Source of the DNA: a virus
Lineage: Duplodnaviria > Caudoviricetes
DNA length: 31,666 bases
Virus record (IMG/VR): IMGVR_UViG_3300026125_000014
Location: 1 to 31,666 of that record
Reading direction: 5' to 3' (one strand)
The notes under the pieces are model-generated. The model was not told the DNA's origin. It did no database searches and saw nothing but the letters and a program-made list of their open reading frames with translations. The stretch's first letter is position 1. The number at the start of each line of letters is the position of its first letter. The translations under genes were made by a program, and so were the position numbers. Positions 1-8,767 of the stretch are shown in pieces.

Positions 1-1
1 T

Positions 2-1603
2 GTTTGTTTACGTAGTGTAAGTGGTGATGTTGTAAACTTATTGTACACAGAAACTACAGGTGGTAGCTGGCAATCAACAGTATTCCAAGGAGGGAATATA
101 CTTATCCTAAATAACGGTAAGGATGTTCCTAAATACATTTCAGATATTGATAATAATACAGATGCTTCTTCTATCCAAGCATATGATCTTCCAGGATGGA
201 ACGATGATTACTCTACTTTAGAAGAAGTAATAAATCTTTCTTATAATAGTGATACGTCTAATCGTGATTTTTCTCTAGGGAGAGAAATAGACTTTAATAT
301 AACTAAAATACTAGCATATATTTTAGATGATCAAGGTGAGATTTTACATAGATCAGAGATAGAGTCAGTAACCACTGAGGGTGAATTTACTATATCTTTA
401 GATACAGCTACTAACACACATATTATAACTGCATCTACAGCATTACAAAGTAATTATTCTATTGTAGTATATATTCAATCAGTAGATAAAGTTATATTGA
501 CTGCAGGGGTTATTCGTTCATTCGGTAACTTATTGATAGCAGGTAATCTTCGAGAGACTTCAGTTTCTTCTGGAGAAACTGTAAGAAGACTAACAGGCGC
601 TGTACGTACATCTGATGTAGCTGCCCCTGGATCTATTCCTGCTAACTGGAATCCATTTGCTGCAGGTGTGAGTACAGCAGATGAATTCATTTTAAGTGCT
701 ACAGGGATTGTTCAAGATATTGTAGAGCTACAGGGTCGAGCTTATGTATACACAAATCATAGTATACATTCAATATCTCCTACAGGAAACCCTAATGTAC
801 CATTTTCTCTAAGTGTAGTTTCTTCTGCTTATGGAGCTCATTCAATAGACTCTGTAATAGAAGTAGATGGTAAACATATAGTTGTTGGCGCTAATGATAT
901 ATACATGTTTTCAGGACATCCAGGAAACATTCAGAGTATTGCTGATGATCGTGTACGTTATTACTTCTATGATAATCTACATAAAGCTTATGGTTATAAA
1001 TTAAAAGTAATCCGTAATCAAAGATATAATGAAATATGGTTTGCTTTTCCAAACTCTAATTCTACAGGAAAAATCAATGAAGTTTTGATTTATAATTACC
1101 GTAAGAACTTATGGACTAAAAGGATTATGTCTGAGTTTGATGGTATCTCTGTAGGTTTAGTTGAGTTTAATTCTGAAGTAGACTCTAACCAATACTACCC
1201 TATTATGGCTAGTGGAAATACATTAATAGCTGGTGACTTAACTTATACAGATAAGCTTAATACTCCTTATAGCTCTCTTATAGAGCGTACAGGTATTGAG
1301 ATACGACCTGTATTTGATACTGAGAGTTTAAAAGGAATTTATTTATATCTGCAATCAGATGATCCAGTTAAGTTAGATCTTTTAATTAGTCAAAAGAATA
1401 ATCCAAGTGAAGCTACTTCATTTGATAATGTTATAACCCATGACTTTTATTCTAACTCTGGTGTAGAGTTAAGTGATTATAAAGCTGATGTTAGGATTAC
1501 AGGAAGATTTATGGGATATCGTATTTCTGATGGTGATTCAAATTCAAATGGATGGACTTTATCTAGTATAGCAGTAGAGATAGCGAAAGCAGGGAGAAGG
1601 TAA
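2..1603 (+). CDS. Tail tubular/nozzle or head-tail stabilisation protein (P22 gp10/T7 gp12-like), 5'-truncated by the window edge
   Basis: Frame is open from base 2, so the TTG at 41 is probably not the true start. Beta-propeller-like sequence with 'EIWFAFP...VLIYNYRKNLWT' and C-terminal 'DVRITGRFMGYRI...GRR', typical of podovirus stabilisation proteins; lies directly upstream of tail genes. Confidence 0.7.
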   Translation, partial: VCLRSVSGDVVNLLYTETTGGSWQSTVFQGGNILILNNGKDVPKYISDIDNNTDASSIQAYDLPGWNDDYSTLEEVINLSYNSDTSNRDFSLGREIDFNITKILAYILDDQGEILHRSEIESVTTEGEFTISLDTATNTHIITASTALQSNYSIVVYIQSVDKVILTAGVIRSFGNLLIAGNLRETSVSSGETVRRLTGAVRTSDVAAPGSIPANWNPFAAGVSTADEFILSATGIVQDIVELQGRAYVYTNHSIHSISPTGNPNVPFSLSVVSSAYGAHSIDSVIEVDGKHIVVGANDIYMFSGHPGNIQSIADDRVRYYFYDNLHKAYGYKLKVIRNQRYNEIWFAFPNSNSTGKINEVLIYNYRKNLWTKRIMSEFDGISVGLVEFNSEVDSNQYYPIMASGNTLIAGDLTYTDKLNTPYSSLIERTGIEIRPVFDTESLKGIYLYLQSDDPVKLDLLISQKNNPSEATSFDNVITHDFYSNSGVELSDYKADVRITGRFMGYRISDGDSNSNGWTLSSIAVEIAKAGRR

Positions 1604-4332
1604 TGAGTATAATTAGACCTCCTGTTACTGGGGATTTTGCTTTAGATTCATTTCTAAATCAATTAGTAACAGAACTATCTAATACTTCTTTTGCTACAGC
1701 AGGATTAGAAAGCTCAGTATTAGCTTTTGATTCAAACTCTTATTCAGCAACTTTATATTTATATAAGAGGACAACATCTAATACCCAACCAGATCCTGTT
1801 AGTATTGAAGTAGATTACTTTTATCGTAATGGTGATATTAAGGTAAATGGATCGGTTGTTAACATTGTTGATGGTTGGTATTTTAATACACCTCCACCTA
1901 TTACTGATGGAGAGTTCTATTGGCAAACATATGTCCATATCTCCTCAGATTTAAGAAGAGAAACTATACCTGCATCTTCATGGAGTGTTCCTGAGATTGT
2001 AGGTGCAGATTTAACTATCGGTGGTATCCCATTACCTTCAAGACCAACTGAAGTTTCATTTGTACAGACCACTCAAGACTCAGGTATATTATCTTGGACG
2101 ATAAATGCAAAAGATTTAGGACATCCTGGATTATACTCAGAGATTCAAACTGCTTATGACTTTCAAGATGGTTCTGAATTAGAATGGGTACCTTATGCTT
2201 ATATTACTGATGAATCAGAAAGCATTGAGATTGGTGGATTAACTTCACTTGATGTTAAGAAATCCTTCAGAGTAAGAGTAGGTAATGTATTAATAAATCA
2301 AGTTAGTGATTGGAGTAATGTAAGATCATTTACTCCTTCACTACCTAATATTCCTACAAATTTACAGATTACTAGAAATGGACTTGATACTGCATTATTA
2401 ACTTGGGAATACATACCTAACTTTTCTAAAGTTCAATTCTTTGAAATAGAAGTTGAATATGGTAATGGTGTTTATGATTTAAAGACAACTGCAGGTTCTT
2501 TAGAGACAAGTGTAGTCTTAGAAGGTGTTGGCTCGATAGGTGGAAATGTTACTTATCGAATGAGAGCTCATAGTTTTAATGATAAACATAGCCCTTACTC
2601 TGATATTGTAGAACTAGGTCCATTAACACCTGCAACTCCTTCTTCAATAAAGTTTATTAGAAATTCAAAGAATATAGGTACATTGTCATGGGATATGGTA
2701 GACAACTTTGCACCTCTTTCTCATTTCAATATAGAAGAGTCAGTTGGAGATGAAAACAACTTTACACTAGTAGGCTCAATAGATGCCTCTAAAAAATCTT
2801 ATCAGAAGACTGGGCTAACTAGTGAAGATGATACGATTTATTTTAGAATACAAGCTATAGGGATTAATAGAATAGAAAGTGAGTATTCAGCTTCAGCGTC
2901 TTTTATTCCAGCTACACCTAATACTCCCATTAACTTAACTTATACTAAATTGAATCTAGAAGAAGGTAAGTTAACTTGGGATTATGAAGAGAATTATGCT
3001 ACTGTTCGTAACTTTATAATTCAAATAAAAGAAGCATCTGAGCTTAACTATACTACTGCAGCAACTGTAGATGGTGAAGATAGAGATTATATCATCTCAG
3101 GATTGTCTGTTCGTAAAAAGACATTTGACTATCGTATAATTGCAGTAAGTCTTCATGGTAAACGATCTATACCTTCAAGTGTTGTTTCGGTTGCTCCTTC
3201 TGCTACTGTTCCGCCTACTGAATTAACTGTTTCTTCTGTTGAACAAGTAGGTACTGTAACTTCTGTCAAACTTTCTTGGACACCTCCTGATGATATCTTT
3301 AACCAGTACTCTATTATAACAGCTCAGTTATTCCATGATTCAGATCAAACATGGAAAGATGTAGCAACAGTACCAGCTGAGTCAAATACTGTAGAGTTCC
3401 AACCTTCTCGTCAAGGTACTTTACAATTTAGAGTAAGATCTACAGCTGTTAATGGTTCAACTTCAGAATACAGTAATATCGCTTCTGTATATATTGCAGG
3501 CGGTTCTGCTACAGATAACGCTATATACAATGGTGATTCTGCATTTATTGCTACACAACATTACTCTGTAAACTCAGATGATAGAGTGTTAAATAATGCA
3601 GGAGATCTTGATGTTATTTCAGGTGGCTCTTATAGTGCAGGTACTAATACCGTTACTGGTGTAACTAATACAGACTTGGTTATTTATTGGTGGGTTGATA
3701 TAACTAATACAATGGTTAACCGTAAGAGGCATTTCTATTTAAACTTAGATAACTTAGAAAATACCTCTATAGAGTCAGTACCTTGGGCAATTGATAAAGG
3801 TAATGTACAAGTAGAAGTCTTAACAAGTCCTGATGACACAGTGGGCTTTTACATAAATGATGGATCAGGATCAAACAATTATATCTATGTTGGTTCAGGT
3901 CAATCAGAAGCAGATATTAGAACTTACTCTGATAGGCAACCTGATTTCATGTATGCTGATAGGGAATATATTAGTCTTACAATGAAACGGACATTTACTT
4001 TTAGACAGTCTTCTCGTGCTGTATTGAAGTTAACGTTTAAAGCAGTTGTAAATGATGCACCTATTATAAACTTAAATAGCGGTAATGAACTAAGACTAGA
4101 AGCTTATGCCTCAGAGCTAATAGATGATTATGATGATCTTGCTATAACTAATGATGCTGCTGATCCAGATGGTACTCTTTGGACTTTCTCAGAGAACTTT
4201 GAAGCAGCACCTAAAATATTCATCACACCAAATATTAATACTAATACTTGGGTTACAGATAAATCTGCTACTTCATGTAGGATACATGCAGTTGATGATT
4301 GTACTGTAGACTTAACAGCTAGAGGGCGATAG
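1603..4332 (+). CDS. Tail-associated protein with about five tandem fibronectin type III domains
   Basis: 909 aa, translationally coupled (TAATG) with RBS GGGAG. Repeating 'P-x-x-L...L(S/T)W...(Y/F)R(V/I)xA...S-x-(Y/W)S' units of ~95 aa across about aa 145-632. Confidence 0.75.
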   Translation: MSIIRPPVTGDFALDSFLNQLVTELSNTSFATAGLESSVLAFDSNSYSATLYLYKRTTSNTQPDPVSIEVDYFYRNGDIKVNGSVVNIVDGWYFNTPPPITDGEFYWQTYVHISSDLRRETIPASSWSVPEIVGADLTIGGIPLPSRPTEVSFVQTTQDSGILSWTINAKDLGHPGLYSEIQTAYDFQDGSELEWVPYAYITDESESIEIGGLTSLDVKKSFRVRVGNVLINQVSDWSNVRSFTPSLPNIPTNLQITRNGLDTALLTWEYIPNFSKVQFFEIEVEYGNGVYDLKTTAGSLETSVVLEGVGSIGGNVTYRMRAHSFNDKHSPYSDIVELGPLTPATPSSIKFIRNSKNIGTLSWDMVDNFAPLSHFNIEESVGDENNFTLVGSIDASKKSYQKTGLTSEDDTIYFRIQAIGINRIESEYSASASFIPATPNTPINLTYTKLNLEEGKLTWDYEENYATVRNFIIQIKEASELNYTTAATVDGEDRDYIISGLSVRKKTFDYRIIAVSLHGKRSIPSSVVSVAPSATVPPTELTVSSVEQVGTVTSVKLSWTPPDDIFNQYSIITAQLFHDSDQTWKDVATVPAESNTVEFQPSRQGTLQFRVRSTAVNGSTSEYSNIASVYIAGGSATDNAIYNGDSAFIATQHYSVNSDDRVLNNAGDLDVISGGSYSAGTNTVTGVTNTDLVIYWWVDITNTMVNRKRHFYLNLDNLENTSIESVPWAIDKGNVQVEVLTSPDDTVGFYINDGSGSNNYIYVGSGQSEADIRTYSDRQPDFMYADREYISLTMKRTFTFRQSSRAVLKLTFKAVVNDAPIINLNSGNELRLEAYASELIDDYDDLAITNDAADPDGTLWTFSENFEAAPKIFITPNINTNTWVTDKSATSCRIHAVDDCTVDLTARGR

Positions 4333-4340
4333 GAGATAAC

Positions 4341-5870
4341 ATGGCAATTAATTCTCAGACTTTATCATCTGTTCAAAACAAGGTGACAGGTCTAACAACA
4401 AATGAAACTGACTTTAGGAGTGGGTTAGATGATGCTCTAACTCAAATCAATAATACTGAAGTTAAACTTTCAGAAGTAACTACTAACGATCTAATTAAGC
4501 TTAATGACATTACTGCTACAGTTAATGAAATTAATGTTCTTGATGGTATCACTGCATCTGTTACTGAACTCAATGTTCTTAATGGTATAACAGCAACTAC
4601 TTCAGAGTTAAATAAACTAGATGGTTTAACAGCCACTACAGCTGAACTTAACATACTAGATGGTATTACTTCTTCTACTGCTGAAATTAATAAGCTAGAT
4701 GGTTTTACAGGTAGTGCTTCTGATTTAAACAAGATTGCTGCGGTAACATCCTCTTCTGCTGATCTTAATGCATTGTCAGGTTTTGTTAGCACTCATGGAG
4801 GACAGCTAGCAGACTTACTTCGTACAATTAAATTAGATGCAGCAGGAAATGGTTCTAACGGACAAGTCTTAACTTCAAATGGGAGTGGAGATTATTCTTG
4901 GACTACTCCAAGCTCATTTAGTTGGACATTATATGATGAAGACGGTAGTGAAGTAAGCATTGATACTGATCATGTCCAAATGACTAGTACTGATGGAATA
5001 GATATCGATTTTGGTACTGGAAGTGGAGTTGATGGAGACCCTATACAACTCAACTTTACTAATACCGATAAAGGTTCTTCACAGAAAATCTTTACTAATG
5101 TTGCTTCTGCTGGACAAACAGCAATTACAGCTAACACTAATACAGATACTTTAAACTTTGCTGGTGGTAACCATATTGCTTTTGGTACAGATAATGTTTC
5201 AAAAACATTAACTTTAAGTTTAAAGAATGATTCAGTATCATCTTCAATTCTTGAAAGTAATTCAGTTATCACTTCAAAGATTCAAGATAGTGCAGTCACT
5301 ACACCTAAAATAAATAATGGAGCTGTCACTTCGGATAAGCTTGCAAGTAATTCTGTTACGTTAGGAAAAGTGGCCAATAGTGCGATTGGTTATAATAGTT
5401 TAACTACTGATGCAATCAATGCAATAAGACAAATGATGTACCCTGTTGGGTCTATATACACTAATGCTTATAATGGAACTAATCCAAGTACACTTTTAGG
5501 CTTTGGTACATGGTCACGTTATGCAGAAGGTCGAGTACTTCTTTCTCAACAAGATGGTAACGGATATGCGGATCAATTAGGTGAGACTGGTGGTAGTAAT
5601 GATGCTGTAGTAGTTAGTCACCAACATACAGGTAATACTGCAGGGGCTGGTGACCATGCTCATAATATTCATATTTATGAAGAAGGTGGTGGTCCATCAA
5701 CAGCGTTAATTGATGCACGCTCAGGTGGTATTATAGCTGAATATGATACAGCTACAGGTGTAGCAGGTCATCACGGTCACTCATTCACAACAGATGCTAC
5801 AGGTGAATCTGGAGCGGGTAAGAACTTACCTCCTTACATTGTTGTTTATATGTGGGTTAGGACAGCTTAA
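4341..5870 (+). CDS. Tail fibre with repeat shaft and T4 gp10/gp12-like C-terminal domain
   Basis: RBS AGGAG; 13-aa and 10-aa repeats; C-terminal 'MYPVGSIY...NPSTLLGFGTW...GRVL...HQH...HAH...HGH...NLPPYIVVYMWVRTA' signature. Confidence 0.85.
   Translation: MAINSQTLSSVQNKVTGLTTNETDFRSGLDDALTQINNTEVKLSEVTTNDLIKLNDITATVNEINVLDGITASVTELNVLNGITATTSELNKLDGLTATTAELNILDGITSSTAEINKLDGFTGSASDLNKIAAVTSSSADLNALSGFVSTHGGQLADLLRTIKLDAAGNGSNGQVLTSNGSGDYSWTTPSSFSWTLYDEDGSEVSIDTDHVQMTSTDGIDIDFGTGSGVDGDPIQLNFTNTDKGSSQKIFTNVASAGQTAITANTNTDTLNFAGGNHIAFGTDNVSKTLTLSLKNDSVSSSILESNSVITSKIQDSAVTTPKINNGAVTSDKLASNSVTLGKVANSAIGYNSLTTDAINAIRQMMYPVGSIYTNAYNGTNPSTLLGFGTWSRYAEGRVLLSQQDGNGYADQLGETGGSNDAVVVSHQHTGNTAGAGDHAHNIHIYEEGGGPSTALIDARSGGIIAEYDTATGVAGHHGHSFTTDATGESGAGKNLPPYIVVYMWVRTA
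4500..4772 (+). repeat. Seven degenerate 39-bp (13-aa) coding tandem repeats in tail fibre
   Basis: LNDITATVNEINV / LDGITASVTELNV / LNGITATTSELNK / LDGLTATTAELNI / LDGITSSTAEINK / LDGFTGSASDLNK / IAAVTSSSADLNA. Confidence 0.9.
5220..5399 (+). repeat. Six degenerate 30-bp (10-aa) coding repeats in tail fibre
   Basis: LKNDSVSSSI / LESNSVITSK / IQDSAVTTPK / INNGAVTSDK / LASNSVTLGK / VANSAIGYNS. Confidence 0.85.
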
Positions 5871-5881
5871 GGAAGAGATGA

Positions 5882-6169
5882 ATGGTTAAGGATAAAGACT
5901 CTAAATTAAAAAGAGTAGGTGTTCTAGGTTATAATAAGCCTAAGAGGACACCTGATCACCCGACTAAGTCTCATGTAGTAGTAGCTAAGAGTGGAGATAA
6001 GACTAAGACTATAAGATTTGGGGAGCAAGGGACTAAAGGTTCTCCTAAGAAGAAAGGAGAATCAGAAAGCTATAGGAAGCGAAGAGAAAGCTTTAAGGCT
6101 AGACATGCTAAGAATATTGCTAAAGGACCACTTAGTGCAGCTTATTGGGCTAATAAGGTTAAATGGTAA
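5882..6169 (+). CDS. Small, very basic conserved phage protein of unknown function
   Basis: 95 aa, Lys/Arg-rich, 'IRFGEQG...RRESFKARH...SAAYWANKVKW' pattern I recognise from phage hypothetical proteins; RBS AAGGA upstream. Confidence 0.8.
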   Translation: MVKDKDSKLKRVGVLGYNKPKRTPDHPTKSHVVVAKSGDKTKTIRFGEQGTKGSPKKKGESESYRKRRESFKARHAKNIAKGPLSAAYWANKVKW

Positions 6170-6182
6170 TAATCTAAAGGCA

Positions 6183-6202
6183 TAGAGGGGCTCCCCCCTT
6201 TA
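6183..6202. promoter_or_regulatory. Intergenic hairpin between tail module and internal-protein module
   Basis: TAGAGGGG-CTCC-CCCCTTTA, 8-bp stem with one G-T pair, in the longest intergenic gap of the + operon; no good U-tract. Confidence 0.35.
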
Positions 6203-6223
6203 CCATGCATCTAAGAGGACACT

Positions 6224-6658
6224 ATGGATACATACATACTAACACCTGAACAATTCTTACAGAATTATAATGAGCTAGCAAGTCATATTCAATCTGCTTT
6301 AGATCATGGTACAGGTAAAACAACGATTATAGACATTACTAAGAAGATACTTGAAGGTCAAGCCCAGTGTTGGGTTACATTAAAAGACTCTTCTCTTCTT
6401 AATATCTCCGTAACAGAACCCATTCAGTGGGAAGGAGATAGAGTAATGCATCTTATTACAACTACAGCTGTTAATGGCGAATTTGACTCCTTTAAAGATG
6501 CCCATTATGAACTAGAAAAATTCTCTAAAGAAATAGGGTGTTCTAGAATTGTCTTCTGGGGTCGTCCAGGATGGGCTAAACGATTAAAGAAATTTAAAGG
6601 TCACAACAACAATTACGAACAAGCTTATGTTGTAATGAGCTTAGACTTAGGAACTTAA
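6224..6658 (+). CDS. GNAT-like virion assembly protein (positionally like P22 gp14/T7 gp13)
   Basis: 144 aa; 'ELEKFSKEIGCSRIVFWGRPGWAKRL' resembles the C-terminal GNAT-fold motif; sits just before ejection proteins; RBS GAGGA. Confidence 0.55.
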   Translation: MDTYILTPEQFLQNYNELASHIQSALDHGTGKTTIIDITKKILEGQAQCWVTLKDSSLLNISVTEPIQWEGDRVMHLITTTAVNGEFDSFKDAHYELEKFSKEIGCSRIVFWGRPGWAKRLKKFKGHNNNYEQAYVVMSLDLGT

Positions 6659-6659
6659 T

Positions 6660-7412
6660 ATGTTAGGTCAGTTAAGATTTATTGAGCAATCATTGGGCTC
6701 TAAACCAATGTACAACGGTGGTGGTGGTACAAGCGATATCACTCAGATTAACCAAGTAGCACCTGAACTTTTAAAAGCTTATAAGCCTGCACTTAGTCAA
6801 GTAGCAGATGAATATAAAAAAGGTGAATACAGTAAGGTAGCAGGTACTGGTGGTGTAGAAGAGGCTATAGGTCAAGGTCAAACTACTGCTGCTGGTTTAA
6901 AACAAAATGCTGCCGATCAGATGGATGCTTCAGCTGACCTAGGTAATCTTGCAGGTCGCTTTGGTGAAGGTAGAACAGAGACTAGAGACTTAGCTAGTTC
7001 ACTTATTTCAGGTACTAATGCAGGTGCTCAGAGAGATCTGAAGAATCTACAAGGTAACTTGATGTCTAGAGCTGCTGCTGGTGGCGCTTTAACTTCTGCT
7101 AGAAATCAGAGAGCTTTACAGGGCGCATTAGCAGATAGGTCTTTACAGTACCAGCAACAAGGTACTCAGATGCTATCTGGATTAGGTCAACAAGCACAAT
7201 CTGCTCTAGGTACAGGTATTAATCTACAGACTCAAGCAGGTCAAAACCTTGCTGCAGCCGATGAAGCTAACCTACGTGGTGAGCAAACTAAGATGGCTCT
7301 TGAACAGCAGAAACTTGATCAACCATATAGTGGTGCTTCTAAATTCTTCTCATTACTACAAGGAACTAATCTCGGTTCTACATCAACTCAAGAGAGTTCT
7401 GGAGGTAAGTGA
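6660..7412 (+). CDS. Internal virion/ejection protein (P22 gp7/T7 gp14-like)
   Basis: 250 aa, rich in Gly/Ala/Gln, short leader then GGGG, ends 'STSTQESSGGK'; position after GNAT-like gene. Confidence 0.65.
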   Translation: MLGQLRFIEQSLGSKPMYNGGGGTSDITQINQVAPELLKAYKPALSQVADEYKKGEYSKVAGTGGVEEAIGQGQTTAAGLKQNAADQMDASADLGNLAGRFGEGRTETRDLASSLISGTNAGAQRDLKNLQGNLMSRAAAGGALTSARNQRALQGALADRSLQYQQQGTQMLSGLGQQAQSALGTGINLQTQAGQNLAAADEANLRGEQTKMALEQQKLDQPYSGASKFFSLLQGTNLGSTSTQESSGGK

Positions 7413-8767
7413 TGATGGATTGGTTAGCAAGTCTCGGAAAAGAGATGGGCGAACAGTATATCAAATCAACTGTAATGGATATGCTTACCCCTGACCAGCA
7501 AGCAATGCTTCAATCAGGTATGCCTCTCTCTCAAGTTGCTCCTGGATTACAAGAATATCTTGCACAACAAGAAGCACAAAAAGAAGCTATGATGAACCAA
7601 CCTATGTTCAGAGCACAGGGTGGACCTATCTACATGCAGGGTGGGATGTTATCGGGTTATCAAGGGAAGCCTAGAGGTTTCTCTAATATCGGTAAGTCAT
7701 ATGACCCTTATTCTTACGTGTATGAACCTTCTGTACCAGAAGAAACTATACAGGAAAGTGCAAGTATCCCTATGGTATGTCCTGTAGGGACTATGCCCGA
7801 TCCTTCTACTGGACAATGTGTAAGTGTAAGTTCTTCAAGTGGTTTTAACCCTAATGAAAATAGAGGTGGTTATGGTCAAGCACCTACTAATGAATATCAA
7901 GCTTATGTTGATAAAAATCAAATAGCTCCTTTAAATGATGGTTCATTTGCTAATGATAATTATTATGGGGATAATGCTGGCGGTAGAAATCCTTTCTCTG
8001 GAAAAGAATATAAGCCAACATATAACTTTAACCCTAAAGCATTTACATCAAATTATGATAATCAATCATGGACTTATGATAAAGAAAGAGGCGTAGCTAC
8101 ACCAAGAGACAGAGGATTAGGTGATGCTATTGTTGATGCCGCAACTATGATGCCTGGAGTTGGTATGTTAGCCGCAGTTACAGGTGCAGGTGGATGGCAT
8201 GATAATGCTGAAGCAGCTATTAGAGGCGATGAAACTAAAAATATGCCTCAACGAATAGTAGAAAACGTTGGTAAATCACTAATGTCTACTAAAGGAAAAG
8301 TACAATCTTTCTTAGAAGATCCTTTAGAGGGTGTAAATTCTTTCTATGAAAAAGCTTTAAATAGAGCACCATTAAACCCTGAAGATATCCCTGTAGAAGA
8401 AAGAAGTATTAAATCAGATGCTTTGATTGCTCAAGAAAGAATACAAGAAGAAGCTAAGAAATTTAGAGAGAAACAAGAACAGCTAAGAGATACTGCTATA
8501 GCTAAGCGTGAAGCAGCTGAAGAGCAGAGAAAAGCTGAAGAAGCTAAACGTAAAGCTGAAGAAGAAGCTAAAAGAGCGGCAGATATTAAAGCAGCAACTA
8601 TTAATAGAAATACAAATGCTATTTTAAATTCTGGCGGTAATAGTTATAATTGGGGAAGCGCATCATCTGATTCTAGACAATCTAGTAAACTTGATAGTGG
8701 TACTGGTTCAGGTATTGGTTCAGGTGGAGGTAATGCATCTCGTGGATTTAGTACTGGAGGTTGGTAA
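7412..8767 (+). CDS. Putative internal virion protein, low complexity with coiled coil
   Basis: ATG overlaps upstream stop, RBS GGAGGT at 7401; hydrophobic 'MPGVGMLAAVTGAGG', E/K/A coiled coil, Gly/Ser tail. Confidence 0.6.
   Translation: MMDWLASLGKEMGEQYIKSTVMDMLTPDQQAMLQSGMPLSQVAPGLQEYLAQQEAQKEAMMNQPMFRAQGGPIYMQGGMLSGYQGKPRGFSNIGKSYDPYSYVYEPSVPEETIQESASIPMVCPVGTMPDPSTGQCVSVSSSSGFNPNENRGGYGQAPTNEYQAYVDKNQIAPLNDGSFANDNYYGDNAGGRNPFSGKEYKPTYNFNPKAFTSNYDNQSWTYDKERGVATPRDRGLGDAIVDAATMMPGVGMLAAVTGAGGWHDNAEAAIRGDETKNMPQRIVENVGKSLMSTKGKVQSFLEDPLEGVNSFYEKALNRAPLNPEDIPVEERSIKSDALIAQERIQEEAKKFREKQEQLRDTAIAKREAAEEQRKAEEAKRKAEEEAKRAADIKAATINRNTNAILNSGGNSYNWGSASSDSRQSSKLDSGTGSGIGSGGGNASRGFSTGGW

Noticed and set aside
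4500-4772. 39-bp periodicity as a CRISPR array or diversity-generating retroelement repeat
   Set aside because: Conserved at protein level only, no spacers, no reverse transcriptase in the window.
5940-6222. 12-bp repeat CTAAGAGGACAC at 5940 and 6211 as a phage promoter
   Set aside because: Only two copies noticed, one is an RBS; dozens of 12-mer repeats are expected by chance in 31 kb. I found no repeated T7-like promoter by eye.
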